This document shows positions 50,519-62,787 of a stretch of 64,000 nucleotides of DNA, one piece after another. Numbering within the stretch: the stretch's first letter is position 1; every line of letters begins with the position of its first letter. Position numbers and translations under genes: made by a program. Source of the DNA: Paraphysomonas bandaiensis. Lineage: Eukaryota > Protista > Chrysophyceae. Where the stretch lies: assembly GCA_965644295.1 (NCBI GenBank), contig CBFFRP010000272.1, positions 1 to 64,000 of the forward strand. Reading direction: 5' to 3'. The notes under the pieces were generated by a model. That model made no database searches. It saw only the letters and a list, made by a program, of their open reading frames with translations, and was not told the origin of the DNA.

Positions 50519-53500
50519 TATTAGGATTCAGCTTAATACATGATTGTATCTGTGAGTTATAATGTTCAATGAAATATACCATGAACTGAATTAGAGAGAG
50601 TATCTGTCGAAGATACGTGATCGTCATCATAACGTCGTCATTATCAGTTACACTTCTAACTATTCCGTTGTGCATGATAGTACGTTCTATATTGTTATTC
50701 ATAATTTTCACTCTATCGTGTTCATTACTTACACTCTAATAATCACAACATTGTTTTACTAATAAGCTTAAATCTTATTTTGGTAGCGAGATGTCAGTTA
50801 AAGTTACAAGTTACGACTCAACCGACTCGGATTCAACAACCGAAAAACAGAAAGACTCAATGCCAAAGTTCGACGCGAAGAACTTCTCCAAGTGGCAGAA
50901 GAAGTGCCGTGCATGGTTTTACAGAAAGCCCAAGATCGTTTATACCCTACAAAACGATCATCCAACTGAACCTGAAGAAGGAGAGATTTCAGATGACGAA
51001 GATTACCAATATCGACTCGACCAGTATCACGAAACGAAACGATATTATGATGAAGGTAATAACTACCTATGGTCTGTCATTTCGAGCGCTGTCATTGGTC
51101 AGGATGAAGAGGCCGAAGGGATTTTGGAAAACGTCCCCGATGGAGACGGAAAAACCGCCTGGACCGATTTGCTAGCCCACTTCAAGGAAAAAACGACAAA
51201 TGACGTAATCACCGACCTGATTGGTCAATTTCAGAGCCTAAAAATCAAAAAAGGTCAGTCAATAATCAATTTTCTTGACGCTATCGAAAAGCTCAAAAAC
51301 AAGCTTATCAATTATGGTCATCGGATCAACGACCAAGACTTAATATCCCGAATACGACAGGGAATTGTTTCAGAAGATAACATGGTTTACCGAGAATTGG
51401 CAATTAATCTGCAGCTACATCCAATTGATGATTATAAAGTATTGATTCGCAGACTTCGCGGATTAGGAAGCTCGTCTGTTGGAACGCTCCTATCATCCAA
51501 CAATGAAGACACAAAAACTGACAGTAGTCACCTCGCAACATCAAAACCCCCACTTTCCCGCAGCAAAGTCAATTTTAAGCGAAAAAGAGGGACATCTTCC
51601 AAATATCGCTCCAATAAACAGAAACATGATAAGAGAACCGATAAAGACATTAAGTGCTTCAGATGCGGAGGAAAGGGGCACATTGCATCGGAATGCAAGC
51701 ACTCCTGGGAGAAGATTCAAGAGATGAAAAGCTCCTCCGACAACAAGTCATCAACAAGAGGAAAACCGAAATTCAAGAGAGTGAAATTCCAGACTCAGAG
51801 TAACGAATATTTCCACGACCACTCTGATCAACTTGCAAATTATGAAGACAGTGGTCCATCGTCAGACTATCAAAAAGGACGAGATTACGGAGGAGTTGCT
51901 TACACACCGAGCGATGAATCACACTTCGTTAGTGATCAAAAGGCAGGAATGGGATCTCTTGACTCGGGGTGCACAGTATCAATTACATCAGAAGCAAGCT
52001 ACCTTACGGACTACACTGATTGCCTCACCGAGATTCAAACAGCCAAATCAGGGTCTACAATGATATCCTCAGGTCATGGAAGACTTGGAATCATCCCCAA
52101 GTGCAAACACGTGGACCAAGCGTCTAGGACCCTCATTTCTATTAGCCAACTGGATGACCTCGGACATGAAATCATATTCAGAAACCAGTCAGTGGAAATA
52201 TTTAAAGACGGCATATTGCTATCGAAAGGCCAGCGCGTTGGAGGCCTATACGAAATTCCACTATCAGACCTCGGTATTCCCACTGATGAATCTCACCTCG
52301 CATCAACTGCCTCAGGTCAACCCGCACTGTTAGCACATAAGAGACTAGCACATGCATCACTTGGACTCATACAGAAGGCAATAAAATCACGTCTAATAAC
52401 TGGTGTCAAGATGACAAAAGAGGAGATGAGTGTTGCCTCTCTACCTGGCGGTTTATGCGATGGATGTGCGACTGGGAAATCACATAGACGAAAGCACAGG
52501 AATGCCACCCGCCAAATGTTGTTGAAAAGAATGAGAAGGGCAAAGGAGCTGGGGGAGCTCATAGTAGCCGATTTCTCAGGACCACATACACCCGATGCAA
52601 TTATTACCGGAAATCGATATGTACTTGGGATCGCCGATGTAGCATCAAGGTACCAGTGGGACTCCTACGGAACAACGAGAGATGAAAACTTCGTTATCCA
52701 ATCCATTCAGAAAGTCGTCACGTATCTACGCAGTAGGGGTAAACGACTACAACATTACCATGCCGATGGAGGGAAGGAACTAGTCTCACGAAAAGTATTG
52801 GAATATCTCCAATACATTGGAGCAACATGGACTTTTAACGCTCCCTATACTCCCGAGGACAACCCATTTCAAGAGCGACCATGGAGAACCATCAAAGAAC
52901 GAGCACTTAGTAGCTTGATGGATTCAGGTCTTCCAACGAATTTCTGGGAACAAGCCATGAAGACATCCACACACATGAAGAACAGGCTACCTTGCAAAAC
53001 TGCTAAAGGATTCATGTCCCCACTCCAATTCATCGAAAACGAAATACCAGACTTGAGTTATGCCAGAATATGGGGATGTAAATGCTTTGTGAATATCGAT
53101 TCCAGTCTCCGAAAGAACAACTGGGACAGACATAGCTGGCCTGGGTATTTTATGGGCTATCGAGAGGATGGTCCTGGATATATAGTCTTTGTTCCCGCAT
53201 TAAGAGACTTTGTTATATCAGGACATGTATTTTTCAACGAATGTGTTCCACCAGCAGATAAGAGATACTTTAAGGAGATAAATGAGATATTCAGAGAGAA
53301 TGAGACCACCAGGACAGTAGAAAGTTTCAAATATCTCATAGGTCTAGCTCATGTAGATCCAGACGATGGATTAACATATGTAACGACTCAAATAAAGCTC
53401 AGAAAAGGATTAATCTCAGCGTATCGTGGTCTAGTGGACGACAGCGGTGACACTACACGAATCATCCAGCTCGACGACCCCATTCATGCTGCAGACGTCG

Positions 53501-56268
53501 AAAAGTACACTGAAGAATACATAGAACTCAAAGCAGTTGGTCTCAAATGTATTACGTCTCGATCGAAAACCCCAATACATAAATCCAGCAAATCAGATCA
53601 AAACCCCGATACAGTTATTGGATCTCCAGCGCCAGCCGCTACTTCCAGGGGGAGTGGCGAGAATCTCAGACATCATGATGCCGCGCAGGAGAGAATCAGC
53701 AGCCATCGGTGTGAACCTACCCACTCCGATGCAAAGATAGCGAAGACTCGCCCTCCGAAACAATTCAATGGGAATCTAGTGCCGAATCCGGCACCACACG
53801 GTCAAGTGGATCGTGTGCACCAGCGTATGGCCAAACGCGGTAACAAGTCTGCTGATTCATCGGGAGATTGGGAAAATCAGGGTACACCTGAAGGGCCAAG
53901 TAAGGTCCGTGCTACAGCAAAACAACAATTTTTAGCTGGTAGAAAGAGTGTTCTCCGAAGCAGGAGAATGGCCAGGAAACGGGTAATTGTAAATATACAC
54001 AAACTAGGTGATGGTGTATATACATGTGATGTAAATGCTAAACATGTAGTAAATCATATGGCACATGACACACAATGTATATCAAAATTACATACAAACA
54101 ATATTGATATTGTTATGCATGCTATCAGTAATTGCGATGACATTGACGAGCTAACCGATACACCAAAGAGTGTTCAAGATGCTATTTCAGGTAAATATAA
54201 ACAGCAGTGGATCGATGCTATCAATAGAGAAATATCCACTCTTCAGAGGAAAGGGTGCTGGAGATACACTGCGTTACCACCTGGAGCAAGAGCCATAAAG
54301 GGGAAACTCATATTCAAAATAAAAAGAAAACAGAATGATATCAAATTCAAGGCTCGACTAGTCGCACAGGGTTTTACTCAAATCCAAGGCATCGATTACA
54401 ATGATACATACAGCCCCGTCGCAAAGGCTACATCACTACGTACAATTATTGCCCTTTCGACTATTATGAAACTCAAATTGCACCAAATCGATTTCACAAC
54501 TGCGTACATCAATGCTGACCTCGAAGAGAACATATACATGTATCCCCCTCCTGGCATGGACGTCCCTGACGGAAAAGTCCTCAAACTGATGAAAAGCATC
54601 TACGGTCTAAAGCAAGCAGGTCTTAACTGGTATAAGTGCTGTACAAATTTTATGCTAGATATGGGTTTCACCAGACTAATATCTGACCCGTGTATATTCA
54701 AAAAGCAGATTAATGGCAGGATTATGCTAATAGCCATGTATGTGGATGATATTATTATAGCATCTACATCCGACACTGATATCCAACAATTCAAAGACCA
54801 TTTATCCAAAAAGTTCGAAATTACGGATCTCGGACTCCTAGACTATTACTTGGGCATCTCCATTCATCAAGATTTTGACAAAAATATCACGACTCTCAGT
54901 CAGGAGCAGTACGTCAGAAAGTTACTGGACAAATTCAACATGTCTAACAGTAAACCCATGTCAACACCTATGTTACTGTCTTTCAACTATGATTTACATG
55001 AATACAATCATCTTTCAGAGTCAAATCAAAGTTATGTTCAGAATTTCCCCTACAAGGAGCTCATAGGTTCCCTAATGTATCTAGCTGTATGCACTCGACC
55101 GGATATCGCCTATGCAGTCAATACTCTTGCCAGATTTTCTGATATGCCTAATCTAACTACCTGTAATGCTGCGTTACATGTTCTTAGGTATCTCAAAGGC
55201 ACTGCTAAGCAAGGATTGATATATTCTGGATCCCACATAACATTGTCAGGATACTGCGATAGCGATTGGGCACGGTGTCACCTCACTCGACGGTCCACTA
55301 CAGCCTTTACATTCTTCATAGGTAATTGTCTTATATCATGGCAATCTCGATTACAGACAACTGTGGCATTGTCATCTACTGAAGCTGAGTATATGGCTCT
55401 ATCGTCAGCAGCTCAGGAAGCATTATGGCTACGCTCTTTATTATCAGAAATTGGTTTCAAACTTCCATTCTCAACAACTATTTGGTGCGATAATAAAGGG
55501 GCAGTCCAATTATGTTACAATCCTACTCATCATCGTCGTACGAAACATATTGCGATACGGTATCATTTCATTCGAGAAAATATTGCCGAAAACCAATTGA
55601 CTGTTGACCATATTCCCACCACGTCAATGTTAGCCGATCTTCTCACGAAACCACTAGGAGCAACTAATTTTCTTCAATTGCGAACTACATTGATGGGGGG
55701 AGCTGGGTTCGACATCCCATCCAGCAACAACAGGAAGCGATCAACAACCTCAGAGACACCTAAATCACAATTAACAAGCCACAAGCGACCTAGGTGGCTA
55801 GTTTGAGTTACACGGAGTTTTTACCATTTTTTTTTACTTTTATTCAATACATGATGCTGGACTAGAAGGATGGTCTCACAATATGGCATCTCTGCAGTTC
55901 GCTTATTATTGACTAGTGACTGCTACTCTGGTTTTTACTCTCAGTGTGCATAAGTTCATATTCTCTCTATTATCTACGGTTCACTGATTATTTCATTGAG
56001 GGGGCGTATTAGGATTCAGCTTAATACATGATTGTATCTGTGAGTTATAATGTTCAATGAAATATACCATGAACTGAATTAGAGAGAGTATCTGTCGAAG
56101 ATACGTGATCGTCATCATAACGTCGTCATTATCAGTTACACTTCTAACTATTCCGTTGTGCATGATAGTACGTTCTATATTGTTATTCATAATTTTCACT
56201 CTATCGTGTTCATTACTTACACTCTAATAATCACAACATTGTTTTACTAATAAGCTTAAATCTTATTT
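50519..56268 (+). mobile_element. intact Ty1/copia LTR retrotransposon
   Basis: 262-bp LTRs at 50519-50780 and 56007-56268, identical by eye. TSD CAAGT (50514-50518, 56269-56273), PBS tggtagcgaga at 50781, PPT gagggggcg before 56007. Confidence 0.97.
50791..55806 (+). CDS. copia Gag-Pol polyprotein (Gag-CCHC, protease, integrase, RT, RNase H)
   Basis: CFRCGGKGHIASEC, LDSGCT, H..H/C..C plus D,D,E integrase, YVDD, YCDSDW. Integrase precedes RT; single uninterrupted 1671-aa ORF. Confidence 0.97.
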   Translation: MSVKVTSYDSTDSDSTTEKQKDSMPKFDAKNFSKWQKKCRAWFYRKPKIVYTLQNDHPTEPEEGEISDDEDYQYRLDQYHETKRYYDEGNNYLWSVISSAVIGQDEEAEGILENVPDGDGKTAWTDLLAHFKEKTTNDVITDLIGQFQSLKIKKGQSIINFLDAIEKLKNKLINYGHRINDQDLISRIRQGIVSEDNMVYRELAINLQLHPIDDYKVLIRRLRGLGSSSVGTLLSSNNEDTKTDSSHLATSKPPLSRSKVNFKRKRGTSSKYRSNKQKHDKRTDKDIKCFRCGGKGHIASECKHSWEKIQEMKSSSDNKSSTRGKPKFKRVKFQTQSNEYFHDHSDQLANYEDSGPSSDYQKGRDYGGVAYTPSDESHFVSDQKAGMGSLDSGCTVSITSEASYLTDYTDCLTEIQTAKSGSTMISSGHGRLGIIPKCKHVDQASRTLISISQLDDLGHEIIFRNQSVEIFKDGILLSKGQRVGGLYEIPLSDLGIPTDESHLASTASGQPALLAHKRLAHASLGLIQKAIKSRLITGVKMTKEEMSVASLPGGLCDGCATGKSHRRKHRNATRQMLLKRMRRAKELGELIVADFSGPHTPDAIITGNRYVLGIADVASRYQWDSYGTTRDENFVIQSIQKVVTYLRSRGKRLQHYHADGGKELVSRKVLEYLQYIGATWTFNAPYTPEDNPFQERPWRTIKERALSSLMDSGLPTNFWEQAMKTSTHMKNRLPCKTAKGFMSPLQFIENEIPDLSYARIWGCKCFVNIDSSLRKNNWDRHSWPGYFMGYREDGPGYIVFVPALRDFVISGHVFFNECVPPADKRYFKEINEIFRENETTRTVESFKYLIGLAHVDPDDGLTYVTTQIKLRKGLISAYRGLVDDSGDTTRIIQLDDPIHAADVEKYTEEYIELKAVGLKCITSRSKTPIHKSSKSDQNPDTVIGSPAPAATSRGSGENLRHHDAAQERISSHRCEPTHSDAKIAKTRPPKQFNGNLVPNPAPHGQVDRVHQRMAKRGNKSADSSGDWENQGTPEGPSKVRATAKQQFLAGRKSVLRSRRMARKRVIVNIHKLGDGVYTCDVNAKHVVNHMAHDTQCISKLHTNNIDIVMHAISNCDDIDELTDTPKSVQDAISGKYKQQWIDAINREISTLQRKGCWRYTALPPGARAIKGKLIFKIKRKQNDIKFKARLVAQGFTQIQGIDYNDTYSPVAKATSLRTIIALSTIMKLKLHQIDFTTAYINADLEENIYMYPPPGMDVPDGKVLKLMKSIYGLKQAGLNWYKCCTNFMLDMGFTRLISDPCIFKKQINGRIMLIAMYVDDIIIASTSDTDIQQFKDHLSKKFEITDLGLLDYYLGISIHQDFDKNITTLSQEQYVRKLLDKFNMSNSKPMSTPMLLSFNYDLHEYNHLSESNQSYVQNFPYKELIGSLMYLAVCTRPDIAYAVNTLARFSDMPNLTTCNAALHVLRYLKGTAKQGLIYSGSHITLSGYCDSDWARCHLTRRSTTAFTFFIGNCLISWQSRLQTTVALSSTEAEYMALSSAAQEALWLRSLLSEIGFKLPFSTTIWCDNKGAVQLCYNPTHHRRTKHIAIRYHFIRENIAENQLTVDHIPTTSMLADLLTKPLGATNFLQLRTTLMGGAGFDIPSSNNRKRSTTSETPKSQLTSHKRPRWLV

Positions 56269-57162
56269 CAAGTGAACAGCTAACGTATTACACACATGCA
56301 ATTCATTTCAATTGCACAATATATCTTATTATTACGGTAACTATAGTAGTATTAGTACTGAACATATATATCCGTTTTACATCTACTGTGTCATATACTT
56401 TATCTACTTGTATGATTGAACATAAACAAAGGCTACGATTAAGAACATATGTAGATATTTCTTGGATATCTTTCTCCATCTCTTTATGTCAATACTATTC
56501 TCATGAAGCAGCCCCGTTGAGAGTTAGAGCTTAACCAAAGCGGGGGAGAAACTGGCACTCATGCTCTACTAATATAACGGCTCTGACTAGCGTACATCTG
56601 ACAGGCGAGAACATCAGTAATCGTAAATCATAACTAACATAGAATTTCAATACAATCTTTTAGTGTTTTCATCAGGCTTATCAAATTCATATGTAGCGAC
56701 CTCCATATTGTTAAGCGTTTAATGTATTGCCTCTGAATGAGTCGAAGTCTTCTAATTACAGGTTTCGCTCGTGTAGATTACGCTTCAGTGGAACAACTCC
56801 GCAGCTGATATCTCATTGTTGGTTCTCAATTAACATATGTAGCATCTGACATACGCAATCACTATAATTATAATGGTATATTTAGCGGCCAACAACCACA
56901 GCAACAGTAAAAAATCATAAATTGTACACCATTCATTTTACAGATAAAGTAGAGTGGAGATCGCATATGATATGCGATAAGCATAGCGAACACACGACAA
57001 CTAAAATTGAAGGATTCCAAAACGCATTAATGATGTAAAATACATTATTGCTTACAAAAAATATGGCATTACCAATACACCTACAAAGATAATCTCACGA
57101 AATTATTCACGCGATTCTATAGACATTAATGCCTTCAAGAAGGTACAAGTATATATCAGTAC

Positions 57163-57783
57163 TCAGTCCGCACGTTTTTTACGGGAGCTTTTCTTTTCGT
57201 TCTTAGTTTTAGTTTTGGAGTACGTTGGATGATATCCACGCTCTCGGAGATTCAATAATACCTCTTTAGCCAAGCTGTTAACGGCAACATCTTCCGGAAA
57301 TTTTAATACAACGCTAGTAACGCACATGAGGGCCTGAATACTTTCCTTCGACAGGTTAGAGTGCTTTACTAGACATTTAATCATTCTAGATCCACTGCGG
57401 GCAGCGTAATGAAAACAATTTTCACCACGAACGTCACGCTTAGATAAATCCGCACCACTTCTGACGAGAATACCGGCAACATCAATATGATCAGCTGATA
57501 TAGCTTCCATTAGTGGAGTAACCAAAGATGCACTTGTATCGATTGCATCGATGGCGTGTCCTAAACTGAGAAGTTGTTGAACTGCAACAACATAGCCTAG
57601 TCTAGCAGCTTCATGCAGTAATGTCAAACCACCGTACTCATCCCTTACATCTCTGGCTGTTATTATTTGATCAGCATCTACCTGTTCACATGCAGCTAAA
57701 TAGTTTTTACAACTAGAATCATTGCTATTTAAAGCCAAGAATAAGTTGTGCTGTTGTGTGATGTGATAAGATGTTCTGATCAT
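57163..57783 (-). CDS. ankyrin repeat protein
   Basis: GLTLLHEAA, VTPLMEAI and GENCFHYAA repeats; basic C-terminal tail. Confidence 0.85.
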   Translation of the reverse strand: MIRTSYHITQQHNLFLALNSNDSSCKNYLAACEQVDADQIITARDVRDEYGGLTLLHEAARLGYVVAVQQLLSLGHAIDAIDTSASLVTPLMEAISADHIDVAGILVRSGADLSKRDVRGENCFHYAARSGSRMIKCLVKHSNLSKESIQALMCVTSVVLKFPEDVAVNSLAKEVLLNLRERGYHPTYSKTKTKNEKKSSRKKRAD

Positions 57784-58420
57784 TCGGGTTCGATACTATT
57801 ATAATTCTCTTCTGCTCTACTAATTTAACGGCTCAAGCCACCCATCTCATAAGCATGGCTTTAATATACAAGTTTCGAGATATTTACGGCGACTTATCAG
57901 ATATTATGAACCTATTTCCACTATCAGTCCTCTCCTTCCGTGTGCTGTAATCGGCCATCAAGCCGTTTCATACGTATACAGTAGTACAATATCGTACATA
58001 CACGTATGTGGTAGAGGAGTTTTCTACGTATGATGTACTGTGCAATAGAATACAGATGATTTTGACAGAATAGTACAGTTTTCCATACCGATAACCCCAA
58101 AAACAAGTATTTTCATCTTATTCTTACAATTTATTGAATAAATCCCAACTATATATATAAAGAAATAATTTCAGTTTTTGTCTATTCAAGTTTTGTTGGA
58201 AGGACCTCAATTGAGTGTATCATTTTTTTTTTCATCAGATGTTTTTGATCGAATGAGCATATGATCCCCCCACATGAATATCCAGACATGCACATGGTGT
58301 CCATCTATCTATATGGAGAGCTCCACGTCAACAGCTGGTCGATGGATCGCGATAATCGATGGAAGTTATTCCTATTTCTCTCATAATATCAAATTTATTC
58401 TGTGGTATTAGTTGGAAGAT

Positions 58421-61222
58421 ATGTCACAGTATGCTCCTATGGAGTCCTCGAAGACTTATGACTGTGATCCTGCATCATCTTTCTTAGAAGGAGATGGTAA
58501 CCTCTCCGATCTACTGGAGATAGATGTTAATGATGTTGAAATGCGTAAATTAGACTCAAGAGTTATTCGACGCATTACAAGGCATGAATCACTTATTATT
58601 TATATGCATTTGTTTTAATATTTGTTTATTTTGTATAGAGATGATACTGAAATCGATATAGATGACGACTTTACTATGCGACCGGACATTGCGTATTATA
58701 TTGATAGCAAAAAGGATGGAGCACGGGCAAAAGTTCGTCCGAATGTTATGAATCTGATCGATGGAGGCGAGCATGGTACTCCTCAGCAACTTGCTGACGA
58801 TGAAGAGGAGATTATCAAATACATGCCTGGGTACAATTTTGGCTGGATTGAGGGCGTATTCATTCGTTGCACACTTAGTATATTTGGCGTCCTGATGTTT
58901 TTGCGTTTGAACTGGATGTTTTCCCAGGCTGGAGTTGGGGGTGCTCTGGGTATTATTATCTGGTCAGTTTGCGTTACTTCCCTGACCACTATGTCTCTAT
59001 CGGCTTTATCAACCAATGGAATGATGAAAGGTGGAGGAGTGTACTACATGGTGTCTCGTGCACTTGGTGCTGAATTTGGTGGCGTTGTTGGTATTACTCT
59101 ATTTATTGCTCAGTCTGCCGCTGTATCACTTCATCTGAACGGTTTCGGCGAAGCTGTCGCTATTTTAGAGGACGGTAATTATGTATTCAGTCTTGACGGG
59201 GATAAAATATTCTATGGATGTATTGGCCTAGTCAGTGTTCTTTGTTGTGCTTTTCTTGGAGCAAACTTTGAAGTGCAGTCACAAAAGGTTCTTGCGGTGA
59301 GTATGGCCCTCGCACTGCTTACATTTTACATTGGTGTGATTATGAGCAAGAACGACTCTGAAATCGGCTCCACTCCTCTGTCGTCCTCGACTCTGAATTC
59401 TAATATGGCTGGGGAGTATTCCTCTGGTGAGTCCTGGCTGACGGTGTTTGGTGTCTTCTTCCCGGCATGCACAGGCATCTCAGCAGGGTCGAGTATATCT
59501 GGTGATTTGAAGGACCCTTCTGAAGCAATTCCTAAAGGAACTTTTGCGGCTGTGGTGCTGACCACCATCATCTACGTTTCCATGGGCCTATTCATGTGCG
59601 CCTGCTTTACTCCTGAGGGACTTGGAAATATCACAACGCAGATCAGCGCAATTGACATTTCTGTTGTTCCGCAGCTGATGTATCTGGGTATGTTCGCAGC
59701 TGCTCTCTCCTCTGCATTAGCCCTGGTTGTTGGTGCACCGCGTGTCCTTATGGCCGTTGCTCGTGATGACATCCTTCCCCTCAGCTTTTACAAAAAGGCT
59801 TACTTTGCAAACGACGAACCGCTCAGAGGCTACCTTACTGTAATCATTATTGCATTTGTTTGTATTATTGGTCTGGACCTGAACACCGTTTCACCAATCG
59901 TCACCAATTTTTTCCTGGTGCAGTATGGTTTGGTTAACTACAGCGTATATCACGCACACATATCTAAGGCTCCTGGATGGAGACCCTCGTTCAAATACTG
60001 GTCTCCTTACCTCTGTTTACTAGGCTCCGTTATGTGCTTCGTTTCCATGTTTATGGTTAACTGGATTCTTGCCATCCTTACCATATTGGCCAGTATTGGT
60101 ATATTTCAGTTCATCTCGCACTCGAAGCCTGATGTCAACTGGGGTGACAGTGGCGTCGCAAACTGCCAGAAGCAAGCTGTTGAAGCCATATATAGAATGG
60201 AAAGGCTGAAGGACCACGTTAAAAATTTCAGACCACAGTTCTTACTACTGAGCAAGGATCCCAAGCTTGACACAGAGATGATCTCGTTGATGGCTCGACT
60301 AAAGAAGACACGAGGTCTTTCTTTGATAGGCCGTGTTATCATCGGAGACATGCATGATCCTGCCACTTTTGCTGCTGGGGAGCGGGCACGCAGAGACGTT
60401 ATTATGGTCGATAATCAAATCATCGCCATCTTGCAGGTCATCTGTGCCCCTACACTTCTCAGTGGGGTGGAATCACTGCTTCAGCTCGCTGGGTTCGGAA
60501 AGTTGAAGCCCAACACTGTAATGATGGGATTCAAGAACAACTGGCAGAAAATTCCCGAGGAGGAACTCGTCGAATATATTTCCATTTTAAGGTCGTGCTT
60601 TGCGACCAAGCATTCGGTGTGCATTCTACGCAACTGCGATGTGTCCCTTAATTATGTTCCGCACGATGCTGTCGTCGTCGAGAACACAGGTGAAAATTTG
60701 TATTCTCCTCCACCAGAGCGTGGTCATATTGATGTCTGGTGGCTAGTGGAGGATGGTGGTCTCCCCTTCCTTCTTGCCCACCTAATGACCCGGCATGCTC
60801 AATACAGGAAGTCTGGCGCAGTCCTGCGCCTCTTTGGACTCGTATCAGTAAATGCTACTGCCGATGAGGTCAAGCTCGAGAAACTTCGACTTCGAGCACT
60901 GCTCAGCAGATTCAGATTTGTGGCCGAAGTCATTCTCGTTGAGCACGATGTAGTCCCCTCTATGGAGTTGACTCAGAAATATATTGACCTCTCTGGTGAT
61001 ACAGCCACACCAGATAGCTTGACCCTGACGGTCATGAACATATCCAAGCATATGATGGACTACTCAATGCATGCCCATGTAGTGGTAATTTCTCTTCCTG
61101 TTCCGAAGCTCTCATACTCCTCTCAGAAGTACTTTGCATACCTCGATATGCTCAGCTGCACAGGCCGTCCGACTTTTATTGCGCGCGGCAACCAGCAAAC
61201 TGTTCTCTCATACCATTCGTAA
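58421..61222 (+). CDS. SLC12 cation-chloride cotransporter, 2 exons
   Basis: FGWIEGVFIRC, GGGVYYMVSRALGAEFGG, FFPACTGISAG..SGDLKDP, PGWRPSFKY, HVKNFRPQ, IDVWWLVEDGGL, RGNQQTVL. Confidence 0.95.
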
Positions 61223-61941
61223 GTCATGTTTGTATGACTGGATGAACTTACTGTCGTATGAATTAAAACCAACAAACGAGGCGTCTAGTTTTGCAAGCTT
61301 TATGAAGCCCAAACATGTTTCTATTTAACAATGCTAAATCAGTTGCGATTTCTCATGCTATATGCTTCATAAAATAATCATGGATTAATTGAAGAGAATA
61401 TATCTTGCAGTGTGTAGTATATATTGTATGTACCTAGTATTAGCGTAGTTAGTGGCACTGGGGAAATATTCCAACATTTCAGCAAGGGGTGAAGTATTAA
61501 ATATAGTCAATGGTGGAATTATCTGGTCACATACATCAATGTCGGTGAAACTAGTGAAACTACTTCATCAAGTAGATTAAAAACCTACTTATAAATTACG
61601 AATTAGATTCCTTAAAATGACGAGGTTGACTAAGTAGTTATCCCCACTTTGTCTCAAAGAAGCTTTTTTTTACCTGATTGGGCTCAACAGGGCGCTCTTA
61701 TCAAAAGAATCTCAGTTCTATCTTAATAATTATGATATTGACAGCCATATATATGTATGTGAATTCATTTTATTACACAATTGTAAAGAAACCACAATGA
61801 GTCAACTATCCAAAGCTGAGCATCAAACTACCCTTCGTCTGCTGTAGTAGATCGAATGTAATAATGTTGTCAGTGCAATCGACGTACCTTCATAACATGA
61901 AACAACTTCAAGAATATTTCAGGAGAGTTTACGAGTTGTGT

Positions 61942-62260
61942 CTCCTCCTTACTTGTGGCCGAAATCCCACCTCGACAACCAGCACCATCTCCACCAACTT
62001 ACACTCTCATATACATCTATCCCCAACCACCCCCCGTAAAACCCATGATACAGGCCCGCCAGACACACTGCCCAAAGGCAGACCCCCCGACTAACCTCAC
62101 TACAAGGGACGGTTGCACCATGGTGCTCGCAGCGATGCACAAGCAGTCCCGAGACGGTTGCCCGCCACTAGTCGTCAATAGCAAGTCCAGTTATTAGTTA
62201 GTCTATAGATACAAAACTAGTTTCTGTACACAACCGTTCTCATGTAATAATCAGATACTT
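61942..62260 (+). mobile_element. 5'-truncated family A LINE fragment
   Basis: Matches 21660-21975, including ORF end PKGRPPD*, the structured motif and catgtaataatcaga. Confidence 0.88.
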
Positions 62261-62787
62261 TTTAAGGGCAGTGGCTTCCAGTGCTTTCAGGGTTTGGGTC
62301 ACAGAATATTGACCTTTAGGATATTGTGCGCCCCATATCATACACACATAATGTGTTAATCAGGGAACACCTATTTCTTCTTACAGCAAGCAAGCTACTA
62401 ATATATCTATACTATCCGACATTAAGCTGTCAGCATCATGAAGATATAAGTTACAATTTAAACTATAGGGATAAGGTGTATCGTCCCTTGCTATTTCTGT
62501 TGTGGGAAGATATCCAGGAAAAGATAAAAACCTAACTGTCATGCCATTATTTTCGTTGTGTTAGATCTTCAATCCCATTAGTATATACCTAAATTGGATA
62601 CTCCAATGACTTTCTAATTTTTCGTCAACTCTAATGGTATAATATGGAGTATGTCTGAAGTCATTCTAGTATAGTTATATAATAGCATGTGTTTATGTGT
62701 TATGTCATCGATTCAATTCAAACTGATCATTACTTTATCAAGAAATTCCTGGGCAAGTTTTTTCCGCTGTATTAAATGGGGGCGCCA

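Noticed and set aside
50511-50711. Duplicated 66-68 aa minus-strand ORFs (also 55993-56199)
   Set aside because: Chance ORFs inside the two LTR copies.
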